Source: Candidatus Magnetaquiglobus chichijimensis (lineage in GTDB: Bacteria > Pseudomonadota > Magnetococcia > Magnetococcales > Magnetaquicoccaceae). Taken from it: a stretch of DNA of 32,000 nt. Below are positions 19,485 to 29,216 of this stretch, in pieces. The DNA lies in assembly GCF_045865675.1 (NCBI RefSeq), contig NZ_BAAFGK010000004.1, positions 2,167,471-2,199,470 of the forward strand, read 5' to 3'. The position numbers and the translations under genes were made by a program. How positions within the stretch are numbered: the first letter of the stretch is position 1; each line of letters begins with the position of its first letter. The notes under the pieces were generated by a model. That model ran no database searches. It saw only the letters and a list, made by a program, of their open reading frames with translations, and was not told where the DNA came from.

Positions 19485-19726
19485 TTCGTGGGTTATCCGA
19501 TTGCGGGGAATGACGTCGATCACGACAATAATGTCCGGTTGCACATCGCCATTGGTTTCATTGCGCCAGAGACCGGCTGGAAGGACGGCAGCAGGAGATC
19601 TGGGATGCTCGTGACGGCAAGCTCGAAGCCGCTCGAGAGGCCAGAGCAAAGCGACGAAAGAGCAGCAACACCACTTTACAAGGCCCCTTTCCTGACTCAG
19701 AAAACCAGGGAAAAAGCCAGGAGTGA
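19485..19726 (+). pseudogene. C-terminal stub of an rve (integrase-core) DDE transposase, IS3/IS481-like, 5'-truncated and frameshifted
   Basis: The translation reads DHDNNVRLHIAIGFIAP. After a frameshift near 19566-19570 it continues RDRLEGRQQEIWDARDGKLEAAREARAKRRK and stops at 19724-19726. The YNxxRxHxxxGxxxP motif plus a charged coiled tail is typical of these transposase C-termini. The stub starts immediately after the last CRISPR repeat. Confidence 0.6.
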
Positions 19727-20218
19727 AGCAGGGGGGAGTCCTTTTTCCGCTGAACCCAGACAAGTTCCACGATAAAGTCATCCGTTTCCGACCATCCCGC
19801 CTTGAACTCCGTTCGTCCCGATTCGTTCCAAGGGGCATGGCGTCAAGACGACCACTGCTACGCTGTTTGCTCAGGAAATGCATCAACCGGATTATCTGGT
19901 GACCGCAGTGTGTGTATGGGGCTATGACACATGGCGCCGCTATGATTGATCGCCATCTGGAGGTCGCGGATAAAGTGTTTCCTCTACTCGCCGCGGTGAT
20001 CGACAACAAGGCCTATCGATGGGGCGATCGAAAACTTGCAAGAACCACCAGAATTAGGCAAAATCAAGGATAGATACCACTTCCGGATCGGCTGACCATG
20101 ATGATCCTGCCATGATTATCCTCCGTGCGCGCGATCATCAACGCCTGAAAAAAAGAGTCTCGGATCAATACGTCCAAGGAGTATCCCTTTTGCCTACCAC
20201 GTATCTTCATACAGGATC

Positions 20219-21418
20219 ATGAAAAGACATCGATGGCTTGTGCTCTTCGGAACACGTCCGGAGGCCATCAAGCTGGCCCCCCTGATTCTTGCCGCACAAC
20301 AATTGCCCACAGTAGATATCCGGATTTGCCATACCGGACAACATCGGGATATGACGAGTCATGTCCTGAAATTGTTCAATATCCGACCAGATATCGATCT
20401 GGAGGTGATGCAGCCAGACCAATCACTCTCGGACTTGACAACCCTGCTGCTTTCCAGGCTCCATTCCTATCTGCAGCAAGACAAACCAGACTGGGTCATC
20501 GTGCAGGGAGATACGACCACCACGTTTATCGGCGCCTTGGCAGCCTTCTATCAGCGGATTCCCGTCGCCCATGTGGAGGCCGGATTGCGCACCGGACATA
20601 TCTATGCGCCTTGGCCGGAAGAGATGAACCGGCGTCTCATCGGCAGACTGGCGACCCTGCATTTTCCACCTACGGACGGGGCGCAAGACAATCTTCTGAA
20701 AGAGGGCATTCCCGAAGAACAAATCCTGGTCACCGGCAATACCGGTATTGATGCGCTTCATCTGTTGATTGCCAAACTGGCCTCGGATCCGACGGCTCAA
20801 CGGCAGGCCGAAGAGGTGCTCACCAGTCTTGGGGTGCCCAATGATCCGCGTCCTTTGGTTCTCATCACCGGACATCGCCGGGAGAATCACGGACAATGCC
20901 TGGTAACGATCTGTAAGGCCATTGCCACACTGGCAGAACAGTTTCCGAATCATGTCTTCATTTATCCGGTCCATCCCAATCCAAGAGTCCGTGACACGGT
21001 ATTTGCCGAACTTGGCCAGAATCTACAGAATGTTTTTCTGATTCCTCCTTTGGACTACCAGTCGTTCGTCGTACTGATGGTACGTTCCGTACTCATCTTG
21101 ACGGATTCAGGCGGCATTCAGGAAGAGGCCTCCTCTCTCGGCAAAAGGGTCGTGGTGTTGCGCGATATCACCGAACGTCACGAAGGATTGGCAACCGGTC
21201 TGCTTCGTTTGGCCGGGACGCATACTGAAAATATCGTGAAGATCGCCACTGAAGCCTTGACAGGCAACTGGTCGGTTTCCGGCCAGGGGCATGACACTTA
21301 CGGTAATGGAAAAGCCTCGACGAAAATTCTGGAAAAATTGTTGACCTTTTCTGTTGACAATTCTATACGCACGCCTTCCCGGTATGCGGATGCGTGCGCC
21401 ATGCCACCCCATGACTAA
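20219..21418 (+). CDS. wecB: UDP-N-acetylglucosamine 2-epimerase (non-hydrolysing)
   Basis: 399 aa. Motifs seen: LFGTRPEAIKLAPL, HTGQHRDM, VQGDTTTTF, PVAHVEAGLRT, PWPEEMNRRL and TDSGGIQEEA. Confidence 0.92.
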   Translation: MKRHRWLVLFGTRPEAIKLAPLILAAQQLPTVDIRICHTGQHRDMTSHVLKLFNIRPDIDLEVMQPDQSLSDLTTLLLSRLHSYLQQDKPDWVIVQGDTTTTFIGALAAFYQRIPVAHVEAGLRTGHIYAPWPEEMNRRLIGRLATLHFPPTDGAQDNLLKEGIPEEQILVTGNTGIDALHLLIAKLASDPTAQRQAEEVLTSLGVPNDPRPLVLITGHRRENHGQCLVTICKAIATLAEQFPNHVFIYPVHPNPRVRDTVFAELGQNLQNVFLIPPLDYQSFVVLMVRSVLILTDSGGIQEEASSLGKRVVVLRDITERHEGLATGLLRLAGTHTENIVKIATEALTGNWSVSGQGHDTYGNGKASTKILEKLLTFSVDNSIRTPSRYADACAMPPHD

Positions 21419-21580
21419 GAGCCTCCTTCCAACTCCCAGTCCAGGTTGCATGCATTATTCACGACCAGGCTGTCATTGGGGCCTCCTCAAAAAGCCCCGT
21501 CAGTCTTGCTACTATCCAGTGCAACCTCCGAAGTGAAACCGTTGCTCGCGGTTAGAAAAAGCCAATGGCCCATTCCGGGC

Positions 21581-21613
21581 AAAAAAAAACCTGACCGGCA
21601 GGGTCAGGTTTTT
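21581..21613. terminator. Bidirectional rho-independent terminator
   Basis: An A9 run, stem cctgacc (21590-21596), loop ggcag, stem ggtcagg (21602-21608), then ttttt. Confidence 0.65.
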
Positions 21614-21891
21614 CACCAGGAAAATGGCCAGAATCCAGGACGCGGAGGTGTCGTCCAGCCTGGCTCGAATCTCTGCCAGAGCATGCCGGTTCTTGCACTG
21701 CCGGAACTTGTCTTCCATGGGAATCCGCTCCAGCGGCGTTGTCGCTTCGCGCAACGCCTCGCGGTTGGTTTCGGTTTTCGTAATGATTCAGGACCTCACT
21801 CTTGCAGGGAACGGAGGACCGAAGATCCCAAACTTAAATGAGAAGGCGGAGTCTCCTAGGTTTGATTTTTGACTTTTCTTTTTAGAACGCT

Positions 21892-21934
21892 CTTCACGAT
21901 AAGAGTTTTTTCGCAAAAAACACTTATCGTGAAG
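21892..21934. repeat. 43-nt near-perfect palindrome
   Basis: The sequence is cttcacgataag-a-gtttttt-cgc-aaaaaac-a-cttatcgtgaag. That gives 19 paired positions with one A/A mismatch and a 3-nt centre. Confidence 0.8.
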
Positions 21935-21961
21935 GCGCGCAAAAAGATAAACGGAAAAGTC

Positions 21962-22007
21962 CCAAGGGCTTTGCCCTTGGATTCCACCAGGGGCCATTGG
22001 CCCCTGG
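21962..22007. repeat. Pair of related GC-rich palindromic units (REP-like)
   Basis: ccaagggc-tttg-cccttgg (21962-21980) and ccaggggcc-attg-gcccctgg (21987-22007). A third hairpin, cctcagg-cga-cctgagg, lies at 22051-22067. Confidence 0.6.
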
Positions 22008-22239
22008 ACCCCGCCAAATGTAGAGGTCCTGAATAGTGACCGGTTTTCTTCCTCAGGCGACCTGAGGATTTGCCACCATCAACGTGCCGCAATCAACGTT
22101 AGTCTGGATGCAATCGTCATGAGCGTGCAGATTGCCGCGGCACGGTCAGAAGAAGTTCGGAAATACCGGTCGGTCCCTCTTCACAGGCCCCGTGATTCCC
22201 GACAAGTCCAAACCGAAAGGTACTCAAGGAGAGAATCCG

Positions 22240-23514
22240 ATGCGTTTACTGGCCATATCGTGCATGTTACCTCCCATCCTTTATCCACAGGCAATCCAAA
22301 TCGGTCGGCTGCTGCGCAACTGTCAGATGGAACTTGTCACGGTCAGTGCAGAATTTCAGAACGGGAACGAGATGCAGGGACCAGAGAACTCATTGGGAAC
22401 ATCTTGCCTGGAACAGATCAAAATAGCGCATACCCCCCTTTTGCGTGGCCTGTCTCATCGTCTGGCCTTACGGTTGCTTCCCTGGTACGGACGGAGTCCG
22501 GATGAGTTCGTAGCATGGTCTCACAACGCTGCGGCAAAGGTTGGGCAGTGGTTGGATGATCATCCCGATGCCATACAGGTGATGGCGACGTTCGGGGAAC
22601 CCATGTCCGATCATCTGCTCGGTTTAACCCTGAAGCGGCGCTACGGTTTGCCCTGGCTGGCCCATTTCAGCGATCCATGGTCAGACAATCCCTTTCGCAG
22701 AGGACAACCGCTATCGCAATGGAAGAATCGCTCCCTCGAACAGCAGGTGATCAAGGCGGCGGACTGTCTTGTGTTCACCTCGGAAGAAACCAGACAGCTT
22801 GTCATGCGCAAGTATGCTCCAGAATGGACCTCCAAGTCGTTTGTCTTGGCGCACAGTTTCGATGCAACGGCATTCCCCACCAACTGTTCCGCGCCATCGA
22901 CCAACGATGATGATGCGATCGTGCTGCGTTATCTGGGCAACTTTTATGGACCGCGCACCCCATTTCCGTTGATTGCATCCTTGGTTCGGCTGCTCGCCAG
23001 CCATCCACGCGCATTGGAGAAGGTTCGCGTGGAACTGATTGGCACCATGTCGAGTTGGATGTATTGGCACCCTTTGCTGCGACGTTTACCCAAACACTTG
23101 TTCACCATTCAACGTACCGTGCCCTATGCATCATCCCTAAAATTGATGATGGAGGCGGATCTCCTGTTGGTCATTGATGCCCCGACTGAACTCAGCGTAT
23201 TTCTGCCGAGCAAGTTGGTGGATTATATCGGTTCCCGCAGACCGATTCTTGGCATCGTTCCTCCCGGCGCCTCCCAAAAACTGATTGCACAGCTGGGTGG
23301 GATCACGGCGGCTCCGGACAGACCGGAAGCGATTGATGCGGCATTGTTGGCAGGGCTCGAAATGGCGCGGCAGTCACGTCTGGCAAACGAGCCGTGGGGC
23401 GCGCCCGCTGTACGCAAACAGTATGAGATCGAACGGATTGCGTCTTTGTTTCGCGAACGTCTGGCCTGGACTGTGGAACACAGCTGTCAAGACAAATCAA
23501 TTCGTCAACCATAG
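22240..23514 (+). CDS. GT-B fold glycosyltransferase (GT4-like), specificity unknown
   Basis: Start chosen at ATG 22240 (MRLLAISCMLPP), with AAGGAGAG 7 nt upstream. The C-terminal half carries ADLLLVID...SVFLPSKLVDYIGSRRPILGI, typical of the GT-B donor-binding domain. The ORF-track start at 22132 is a likely over-extension. Confidence 0.6.
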   Translation: MRLLAISCMLPPILYPQAIQIGRLLRNCQMELVTVSAEFQNGNEMQGPENSLGTSCLEQIKIAHTPLLRGLSHRLALRLLPWYGRSPDEFVAWSHNAAAKVGQWLDDHPDAIQVMATFGEPMSDHLLGLTLKRRYGLPWLAHFSDPWSDNPFRRGQPLSQWKNRSLEQQVIKAADCLVFTSEETRQLVMRKYAPEWTSKSFVLAHSFDATAFPTNCSAPSTNDDDAIVLRYLGNFYGPRTPFPLIASLVRLLASHPRALEKVRVELIGTMSSWMYWHPLLRRLPKHLFTIQRTVPYASSLKLMMEADLLLVIDAPTELSVFLPSKLVDYIGSRRPILGIVPPGASQKLIAQLGGITAAPDRPEAIDAALLAGLEMARQSRLANEPWGAPAVRKQYEIERIASLFRERLAWTVEHSCQDKSIRQP

Positions 23515-23745
23515 TCGCTTTGCAGCAGGCCTACACCAATACGAATTTATGTATCATTTCAATATGCTATACTTCTTCAGGATGACCCATTTACAAAACA
23601 GGCAGAATCGATGGCGTTGAACGAAGGAGTACACCGTGAGTTGGATCAGGAAAAATTTTACTCCTACGCCAGTCAGTCGATGATTTTCATCGACCAGATT
23701 ATCAACAACCTATAGAATAATATGGTTTACTAAATTGTGAAAACG

Positions 23746-24111
23746 TTACGGCGTAAAAATCTGGCCGTGGGACAGAGCCGATTTCCACAAAACCCAACCC
23801 AGACAGACCGCCCCCACGCCAATGGCATCGGCAAACCAATCCTGCCAGTCCCCATACCGCCAGCCGGTGGCGGCTTGTGCGAGTTCAATCAGGCCGCCAT
23901 AAACCAGTAAACCAGCCATAACGCGCAGCGCACGCTGAGAAAACGCCAACAGACCCAAACCGCTCAGCAGCACAAATGCCAATACGTGTTGTGCCTTATC
24001 CCAAACATCGAGGGCCTGGGTTGGCAAATAGGGGACGGGCGTCAGAGAGCCAAGGCCCACCCCAGCCACTGCAAGCCAGAAAGCCAACCGCCACCCGTTA
24101 ATGTCCGCCAC
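23746..24111 (-). CDS. VanZ-like family membrane protein
   Basis: 121 aa with about 4 hydrophobic helices. WDKAQHVLAFVLLSGLGLL and IELAQAATGWRYGDWQDWFADAIGVG match the VanZ pattern (DKxxH ... ExxQ ... D ... N/AxxG). It overlaps the upstream gene by 14 nt. Confidence 0.6.
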   Translation of the reverse strand: MADINGWRLAFWLAVAGVGLGSLTPVPYLPTQALDVWDKAQHVLAFVLLSGLGLLAFSQRALRVMAGLLVYGGLIELAQAATGWRYGDWQDWFADAIGVGAVCLGWVLWKSALSHGQIFTP

Positions 24112-24868
24112 CCTTGATGATCACCAGAACCCCCTTCCAGATAATCCTCAAATCGAGCATCAGCAAGCCGAATGATGAGCGATTCAGGTACTGATCGATA
24201 TACTCGTATTCGTAGACGGGGTTGCCCATCTCGGACGTCCCTTTGTTGATGTGCCCAAGCCCGAGCAGCCCCCCCCGAAGTAAGGAACGCGTGACATTGC
24301 CTTGCGCCTGATCCCGCTCGTAGTGCAAAACGGAAATGGGGCGAGGACCAACGATACTCATGTCGCCTTTCAGCACGCTCCAGAACTGAGGCAACTCGTC
24401 CAGGTAGAACTTTTTGACGAACTCGCCGACATGGGTGCGGCTGTCAGGCGTCCATTCGGCGGAAAAGGCAATCCAGTCGTGCCGCTTGGCACCTTCGGGG
24501 TCGATATACTTTTCCTTGATCAGGCGGATCTTGTACTTTGGGATAATTTTCCCCGCACTCACCGCATTATAATAGAAAAACATCGGGCCGCTGTTTTCCG
24601 GTATCAGAAGACCTTCGATCACATAGGCAATCTTCAGAAGAAGCATGATTGGTGTGGCAATTGCCAGCATGATCAGGGCCACAATCTTGTCGAATAACGT
24701 TTTGAAGAAACGTGGCGGCAAAGGTTCCGTCAGCTGGAAGATATGTTTGTACTTCTGCTTGATTTCCTCGGTAGGCGGTTTGTAGGGAAATGCCTCTTTA
24801 GGTTCTATGTTTTGGTTCATTTCAATCGTAATTCTTGTGAATGGAGTTAAGTAACAATCCCCCTGCAT
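24098..24868 (-). CDS. Undecaprenyl-phosphate sugar phosphotransferase (small PglC/WbaP-C-type initiating sugar transferase)
   Basis: It has an N-terminal membrane hairpin (IVALIMLAIATPIMLLL) and the bacterial sugar-transferase core YLDELPQFWSVLKGDMSIVGPRP. An alternative start is ATG 24820. Confidence 0.85.
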   Translation of the reverse strand: MQGDCYLTPFTRITIEMNQNIEPKEAFPYKPPTEEIKQKYKHIFQLTEPLPPRFFKTLFDKIVALIMLAIATPIMLLLKIAYVIEGLLIPENSGPMFFYYNAVSAGKIIPKYKIRLIKEKYIDPEGAKRHDWIAFSAEWTPDSRTHVGEFVKKFYLDELPQFWSVLKGDMSIVGPRPISVLHYERDQAQGNVTRSLLRGGLLGLGHINKGTSEMGNPVYEYEYIDQYLNRSSFGLLMLDLRIIWKGVLVIIKGGGH

Positions 24869-25112
24869 GTCCAGGGGATTTCGATTGCTGGCCCCTCAAA
24901 GGGGCCTTTTCGCAATCGTTGAAAAACAGTCCGAGGAAATTCCAATGGCTTGAGTTTATCCCAGCCCTATTTCTTCAAGCGCTGAGATACGCACGACCAA
25001 AAGACCAACAAACCGTGGAAGATTCCCGTAAATGTCAAACTTTGTGAATCCCCCGGCAGAGACGGGGGTTTACTTATGATTAATTACAGCAAATTGGGGA
25101 CTTGACCGGCAA

Positions 25113-26072
25113 TCACGAACTCACAGCCTCGCACATTTTATCAACGACTCCATCAACATGAGTCTTGGCAGACCAGCCCAGAACAGCCTTTGCTTTACTC
25201 GGATCAGCACTGCCTATCCGGATGTCCGAGGGCCGTTGCAGGCCAGGCGTGCTGATCACATGCTCGTTCCAATCCAAATCAAAGTATCGAAATGCTCGGT
25301 CCAGAAAATGCCTGAGTGAAACCGTTTCTCCGGTCGCGATAACAAAATCATCCGCCCGATCTTGTTGAAGCATTAACCACATGGCCTCAACATACTCGGG
25401 CGCCCACCCCCAATCGCGGTAAATATCCAAATTGCCCAACTGTAATTTCTCGCTGCCACCGCGCGCTATCTGCGCCGCGCCGCGCACGATCTTCTGAGTC
25501 ACAAAACGTTCAAGTCGCAACGGAGATTCGTGGTTAAACAATATGCCGGTGCATGCATACAAACCATAGGCTTCTCGGTAAGTCCCAATCAACTGATGCG
25601 CTGATGCCTTGGCGACGGCATAGGGGCTTCTGGGACGAAAAGGCGTCGTCTCATTCGCTCGTTGGTTACCCGTGTCACCAAAACACTCACTGGTCCCGGC
25701 GTTGTAAAAACGGATAGGACAATCTAAAAAGCGAATCGCTTCGAGCAGACGAACCAACACCATGGCGATACTTTCCATGGTTTCGACCGGCTGCTCAAAC
25801 GACAACCCAACTGAGCTTTGACCTGCAAGGTAATAAATCTCATCGGGGGCAGCGTTTCGAATCGTTGATAGCACGCTCCCCGAGTCAGAAGTAGACATCG
25901 AGACTGTTTCGACTGCGTGACGGATACCGAGTTTCTGTAGATTGGCGAAAGAGGACGCCGCAGCATCACGCGAAGTACCTATGACCACATACCCCTTCTC
26001 AACCAGAAATTTGGCCAAATACGCGCCATCCTGGCCGCTGATACCACAGATCAAGGCTCTTTTAGCTTGCAT
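25113..26072 (-). CDS. gmd: GDP-mannose 4,6-dehydratase
   Basis: 319 aa. Motifs seen: KRALICGISGQDGAYLAKFLVEKGY, SPYAVAKASAH and ILFNHESPLR. Confidence 0.93.
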   Translation of the reverse strand: MQAKRALICGISGQDGAYLAKFLVEKGYVVIGTSRDAAASSFANLQKLGIRHAVETVSMSTSDSGSVLSTIRNAAPDEIYYLAGQSSVGLSFEQPVETMESIAMVLVRLLEAIRFLDCPIRFYNAGTSECFGDTGNQRANETTPFRPRSPYAVAKASAHQLIGTYREAYGLYACTGILFNHESPLRLERFVTQKIVRGAAQIARGGSEKLQLGNLDIYRDWGWAPEYVEAMWLMLQQDRADDFVIATGETVSLRHFLDRAFRYFDLDWNEHVISTPGLQRPSDIRIGSADPSKAKAVLGWSAKTHVDGVVDKMCEAVSS

Positions 26073-26973
26073 GCGTGCCTAGCCGGGCAACCCAGTCATC
26101 CAAAATAGCCGTCAGCGTTTGATCCATTGAATAAGCAGCTGACCAGCCTGTAGCCTTCATGATTTTTCCGTTATCCCCGCGCACACGACGCTGCTCACTG
26201 AGACGGAATCGCTCAGAATCGGTTTGAATCTCCACGGACACACCCGCCAATTGACACATGCGCTCGATCAAGGAGCGAATGCTTCGTTCGCTACCTGAGC
26301 AAACGTTATAAGTCTCACCGTTTTGTCCGAGATTCAACAGCCTTTCATAGGATGAAACAATGTCGCGCACATCTGTAAAATCTCTAGTTGTTTCAATATC
26401 CCCAACCCGAATGACTGGTAAGGCCAGACCCAACTTGATCATTGTAATTTGACGACCGAAATCAGCAATCGCAAATCGTTCGCTTTGACCCGGACCAATG
26501 TGATTGAACGGGCGGGCAACGACAATCTTGAACTTTTCACTCTGGCTCCATTGATAGCAGAGCGACTCCGAAGCAATTTTCGAAACGGCATAGGGGCTGA
26601 GTGGTCTTGCAAGTCTCGTCTCATTCACTGGCAAATCGAATTCGCCCAGATGACCATAAACCTCACTGGAGCTTACAAACAGAAAACGCCCGGCGAACCC
26701 TGAGTTCCGTAAAGCCATCAATAAATTCAGCGTTCCGCCAAAATTGATATCATAGGTTGCACGCGGATTCTCAAAGGATTCCTTGAGTGTCGTAACCGCT
26801 GCGAGATGCACCACATCGTCGGGCCTTGCACGGGCAATCACCGCCTGGAGCTGTCCGGCATCACGGACATCCACTTCCCGCCCAGTCGTGACCACATCGA
26901 AGCGGCCCGAGCAATACTGCGCCATATGAGAGCCAACAAACCCCGTTCCCCCTATCAACAAGAGCTTCCTCAT
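26062..26973 (-). CDS. rmd: GDP-4-dehydro-6-deoxy-D-mannose reductase (Rmd-like SDR), giving GDP-D-rhamnose
   Basis: Start chosen at ATG 26973 (MRKLLLIGGTGFVGSH), with an ATGA overlap on the upstream stop. SPYAVSKIASE, VARPFNHIGPGQ, YNVCSG and EQRRVRG match my recollection of Pseudomonas Rmd. It sits next to gmd with an 11-nt overlap. Confidence 0.72.
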   Translation of the reverse strand: MRKLLLIGGTGFVGSHMAQYCSGRFDVVTTGREVDVRDAGQLQAVIARARPDDVVHLAAVTTLKESFENPRATYDINFGGTLNLLMALRNSGFAGRFLFVSSSEVYGHLGEFDLPVNETRLARPLSPYAVSKIASESLCYQWSQSEKFKIVVARPFNHIGPGQSERFAIADFGRQITMIKLGLALPVIRVGDIETTRDFTDVRDIVSSYERLLNLGQNGETYNVCSGSERSIRSLIERMCQLAGVSVEIQTDSERFRLSEQRRVRGDNGKIMKATGWSAAYSMDQTLTAILDDWVARLGTHAS

Positions 26974-28070
26974 GCTGTACCCCCAATGGTCTCCACGGCT
27001 TGACGAAGTTGCCGTTTGAATTCTGGCACCCCCCAACGGGATGCATGTCTGACCAGGCGGGCGGGGTCGAATTCGGCGCTCTCAAATTGACTGACCGCCG
27101 CCATCAAGGACTCAGCGGTCTGCTCATAAAAGAAAACTGCCGTCGCCGAATCGTTCTCGGCGGAATCTGCTGACCACGGAATCATGGTTTCCGTGATTCC
27201 CCCTATTCCATAACAGATCACGGGTGTACCGCTTGCATTAGCCTCTAATGGAATCAAGCCATATTCAAGAAAAGGCGTAAAAATGACAGCCTTGGCGACG
27301 GCATATTCCTTGGCCAGAATCTCATCATCAACACCACCCAGAAAGGTGATGTTCGGCCCAGCCATTGCACGAAGCTTGGCCTCTTCCTTGCCGGTTCCAA
27401 TAACCTTCAATGGCAATCCAAGCCGATTGAATGCCTCAATTGCATAATCAACCCGCTTCCACTGTTCCAACCTGGAGACGACCAGATAATTTTCTCCGCG
27501 ATTCTCTGAAGGTACGAATCGATCCAGATCGATCGGCGAGAAAATAATCTGCGAATCGCGTCCATAGGTACTGGCAATGTGATCCTGCGTCGTCTTCGAT
27601 ATCGCGATGAACCGATCGACCCTCCGTGCGGCTTGAAGATCGTGGCGCTTGAGGTAAGAGAGAAAGGGCCTGATTAATTTTGACTTCCAGCTCCCGCCAA
27701 AATAATCTCCTGTTTGCCACAGCGCTCGCGTAGGAATATAACAATAACAAATATGCCGACCATTCGGCACACGGATGTATTTAGCCACAGTCGCTGACGA
27801 TGACAGCACCAGATCATAACCGCTCAAATCAATCATTTCCATGAGATGCGTGGCGACCGGGAAAGACCACCGAAAAGCGTCCATTGATTGCACGAAAGGG
27901 TTCAACCATGTCGTGTGAATTTTCCTTCCCTTAAAGTAAGGCAAGGTGCGAGCCGGGTTATAAGCGAGCGTATAGATATCTGCCTCTTTGAATTCCTCGC
28001 AGATATACTGGAATACCCGCTCCGCTCCCCCCATCCCGCACAAATAGTCATGGACAATCGCCATCTTCAT
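26970..28070 (-). CDS. Glycosyltransferase family 4 (group 1)
   Basis: 366 aa. The N-terminus [19 protein letters not shown] is typical of GT4. FLEYGLIPLEANASGTPVI is an EX7E-type motif. There is an ATGA overlap with the upstream GT4. Confidence 0.85.
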   Translation of the reverse strand: MKMAIVHDYLCGMGGAERVFQYICEEFKEADIYTLAYNPARTLPYFKGRKIHTTWLNPFVQSMDAFRWSFPVATHLMEMIDLSGYDLVLSSSATVAKYIRVPNGRHICYCYIPTRALWQTGDYFGGSWKSKLIRPFLSYLKRHDLQAARRVDRFIAISKTTQDHIASTYGRDSQIIFSPIDLDRFVPSENRGENYLVVSRLEQWKRVDYAIEAFNRLGLPLKVIGTGKEEAKLRAMAGPNITFLGGVDDEILAKEYAVAKAVIFTPFLEYGLIPLEANASGTPVICYGIGGITETMIPWSADSAENDSATAVFFYEQTAESLMAAVSQFESAEFDPARLVRHASRWGVPEFKRQLRQAVETIGGTA

Positions 28071-29170
28071 AGAGAATTCCTTGCTGGTGCCTCTAACAAT
28101 CTTTCAATAACATCGCAGGTCTGATCAACACAACGCGCCCAAGTGAAGGACTTTGCGCGCTCATGGCCGCGATGCCGCAATGAACCCTGCAACTCACCAT
28201 CGTTAATCACTCTCAGCAACTTCTCTGTGAGATCTTTCTCGTCGTAAGGGTTGAAGTACAAGGCAGCATCGCCACAGACTTCCGGCAAAGATCCGGCATT
28301 TGAAACAACCACCGGACACCCGGCTGCCATCGCCTCAAGCGGTGGCAATCCGAAGCCTTCATAGAGCGATGGAAAAACCAAGGCTTCGGCATGACGAAAA
28401 TACTGATGCAACCGATCATCGGACACCCGACCAGTGAAATGAATGCGTTCCGGCAAGGATTGCGCCAAGACCGCCACTTCTTGATCACCAGTGATAAAGC
28501 CTTCTTTCTTGCCTACCAACACAAGATCATGCTTAATTCTGTCAGAAACTGATATAAAAGAGTCTACCAGCACCTTTAGATTCTTATGCGGCTTAATATT
28601 GCCCACATATAAAATATAAGCACGCGGATGTGGTGAAGGCATTTGCGGAATCGAGAACCACTCTTCACCTACGCCCAAATGTATTGGCGTAATGGTCTGC
28701 TCAAACTCGCCAAGCAGTCGCTGCATTTCATTCTTTGTGAATTCAGAGATGGTAAGGATCGATTCAGCTTTACGCCGAACCGCAGAAAACATCAATCTAG
28801 CATAAAGATGCTTATGATAGCCATGAACAAACTGAGGCATGGCGAGATGCATCATATCATACACCGTCACCAACATTTTCCCAGAATAAAATATTGGGAC
28901 ATTGTAATGGGTGGAAAAATATAATTTAGTTTGTTTCGGGATGTGAAAAAATAAATCAATCTGCTCCTGAATTGTATACATATCACTATTCAACTCGATG
29001 TGATTGCAAATCGAAAAGCAGGATCCAAGATGTCTTCTTAATTTTTCCCTATTTCCCAAAAGCATGATAGGGAGGACATGACTGAAATGACCAATAATTC
29101 CGGGAATTATTTTTTTTAAATATGTACCAATTCCAGATGTTTCAATCCATCGTGCATCTATAGTAAGCAT
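28067..29170 (-). CDS. Glycosyltransferase family 4 (group 1)
   Basis: 367 aa. [29 protein letters not shown] is a canonical EX7E motif. Confidence 0.88.
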   Translation of the reverse strand: MLTIDARWIETSGIGTYLKKIIPGIIGHFSHVLPIMLLGNREKLRRHLGSCFSICNHIELNSDMYTIQEQIDLFFHIPKQTKLYFSTHYNVPIFYSGKMLVTVYDMMHLAMPQFVHGYHKHLYARLMFSAVRRKAESILTISEFTKNEMQRLLGEFEQTITPIHLGVGEEWFSIPQMPSPHPRAYILYVGNIKPHKNLKVLVDSFISVSDRIKHDLVLVGKKEGFITGDQEVAVLAQSLPERIHFTGRVSDDRLHQYFRHAEALVFPSLYEGFGLPPLEAMAAGCPVVVSNAGSLPEVCGDAALYFNPYDEKDLTEKLLRVINDGELQGSLRHRGHERAKSFTWARCVDQTCDVIERLLEAPARNSL

Positions 29171-29216
29171 AGCTTAGTTAGCCTAAAGGAAACAAATCCG
29201 AATATCGCACTTTGAT

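Noticed and set aside
19368-20009. 213-aa minus-strand ORF spanning the array end and the degenerate region.
   Set aside because: Its C-terminal end is translated CRISPR repeat. It is antisense to the transposase stub and has no recognisable motifs.
19727-20218. Short + strand frames with protein-like stretches (for example TLFAQEMHQPDYLVTAVCVWGYD and HLEVADKVFPLLAAVIDNKAYRWGD).
   Set aside because: They are interrupted by stops in every frame, and I cannot assign them to a family. They are probably decayed gene fragments, left unannotated.
21512-21754. 80-aa minus-strand ORF (..TPLERIPMEDKFRQCKNRHALAEIRARLDD..).
   Set aside because: It has a non-ATG start and runs straight through the terminator hairpin at 21590-21613, with no family recognised. 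It may be a gene remnant.
22132-22239. Upstream start (22132) for the glycosyltransferase.
   Set aside because: The extension is basic and low-complexity. ATG 22240 has a strong AAGGAGAG RBS and a typical GT N-terminus.
23636-23683. 15-codon ORF (GTG, preceded by AAGGAG with a 5-nt spacer) in the convergent gap between the GT-B glycosyltransferase and the VanZ-like gene.
   Set aside because: It is too short to evaluate without conservation or ribosome-profiling data and has no obvious attenuator structure.
24882-25071. Hairpins at 24882-24918 and 25050-25068 as terminators between gmd and the sugar transferase.
   Set aside because: Their T-runs follow the stems on the + strand, whereas the flanking genes are on the minus strand. 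They are therefore not convincing terminators for this operon, and their function is unclear.
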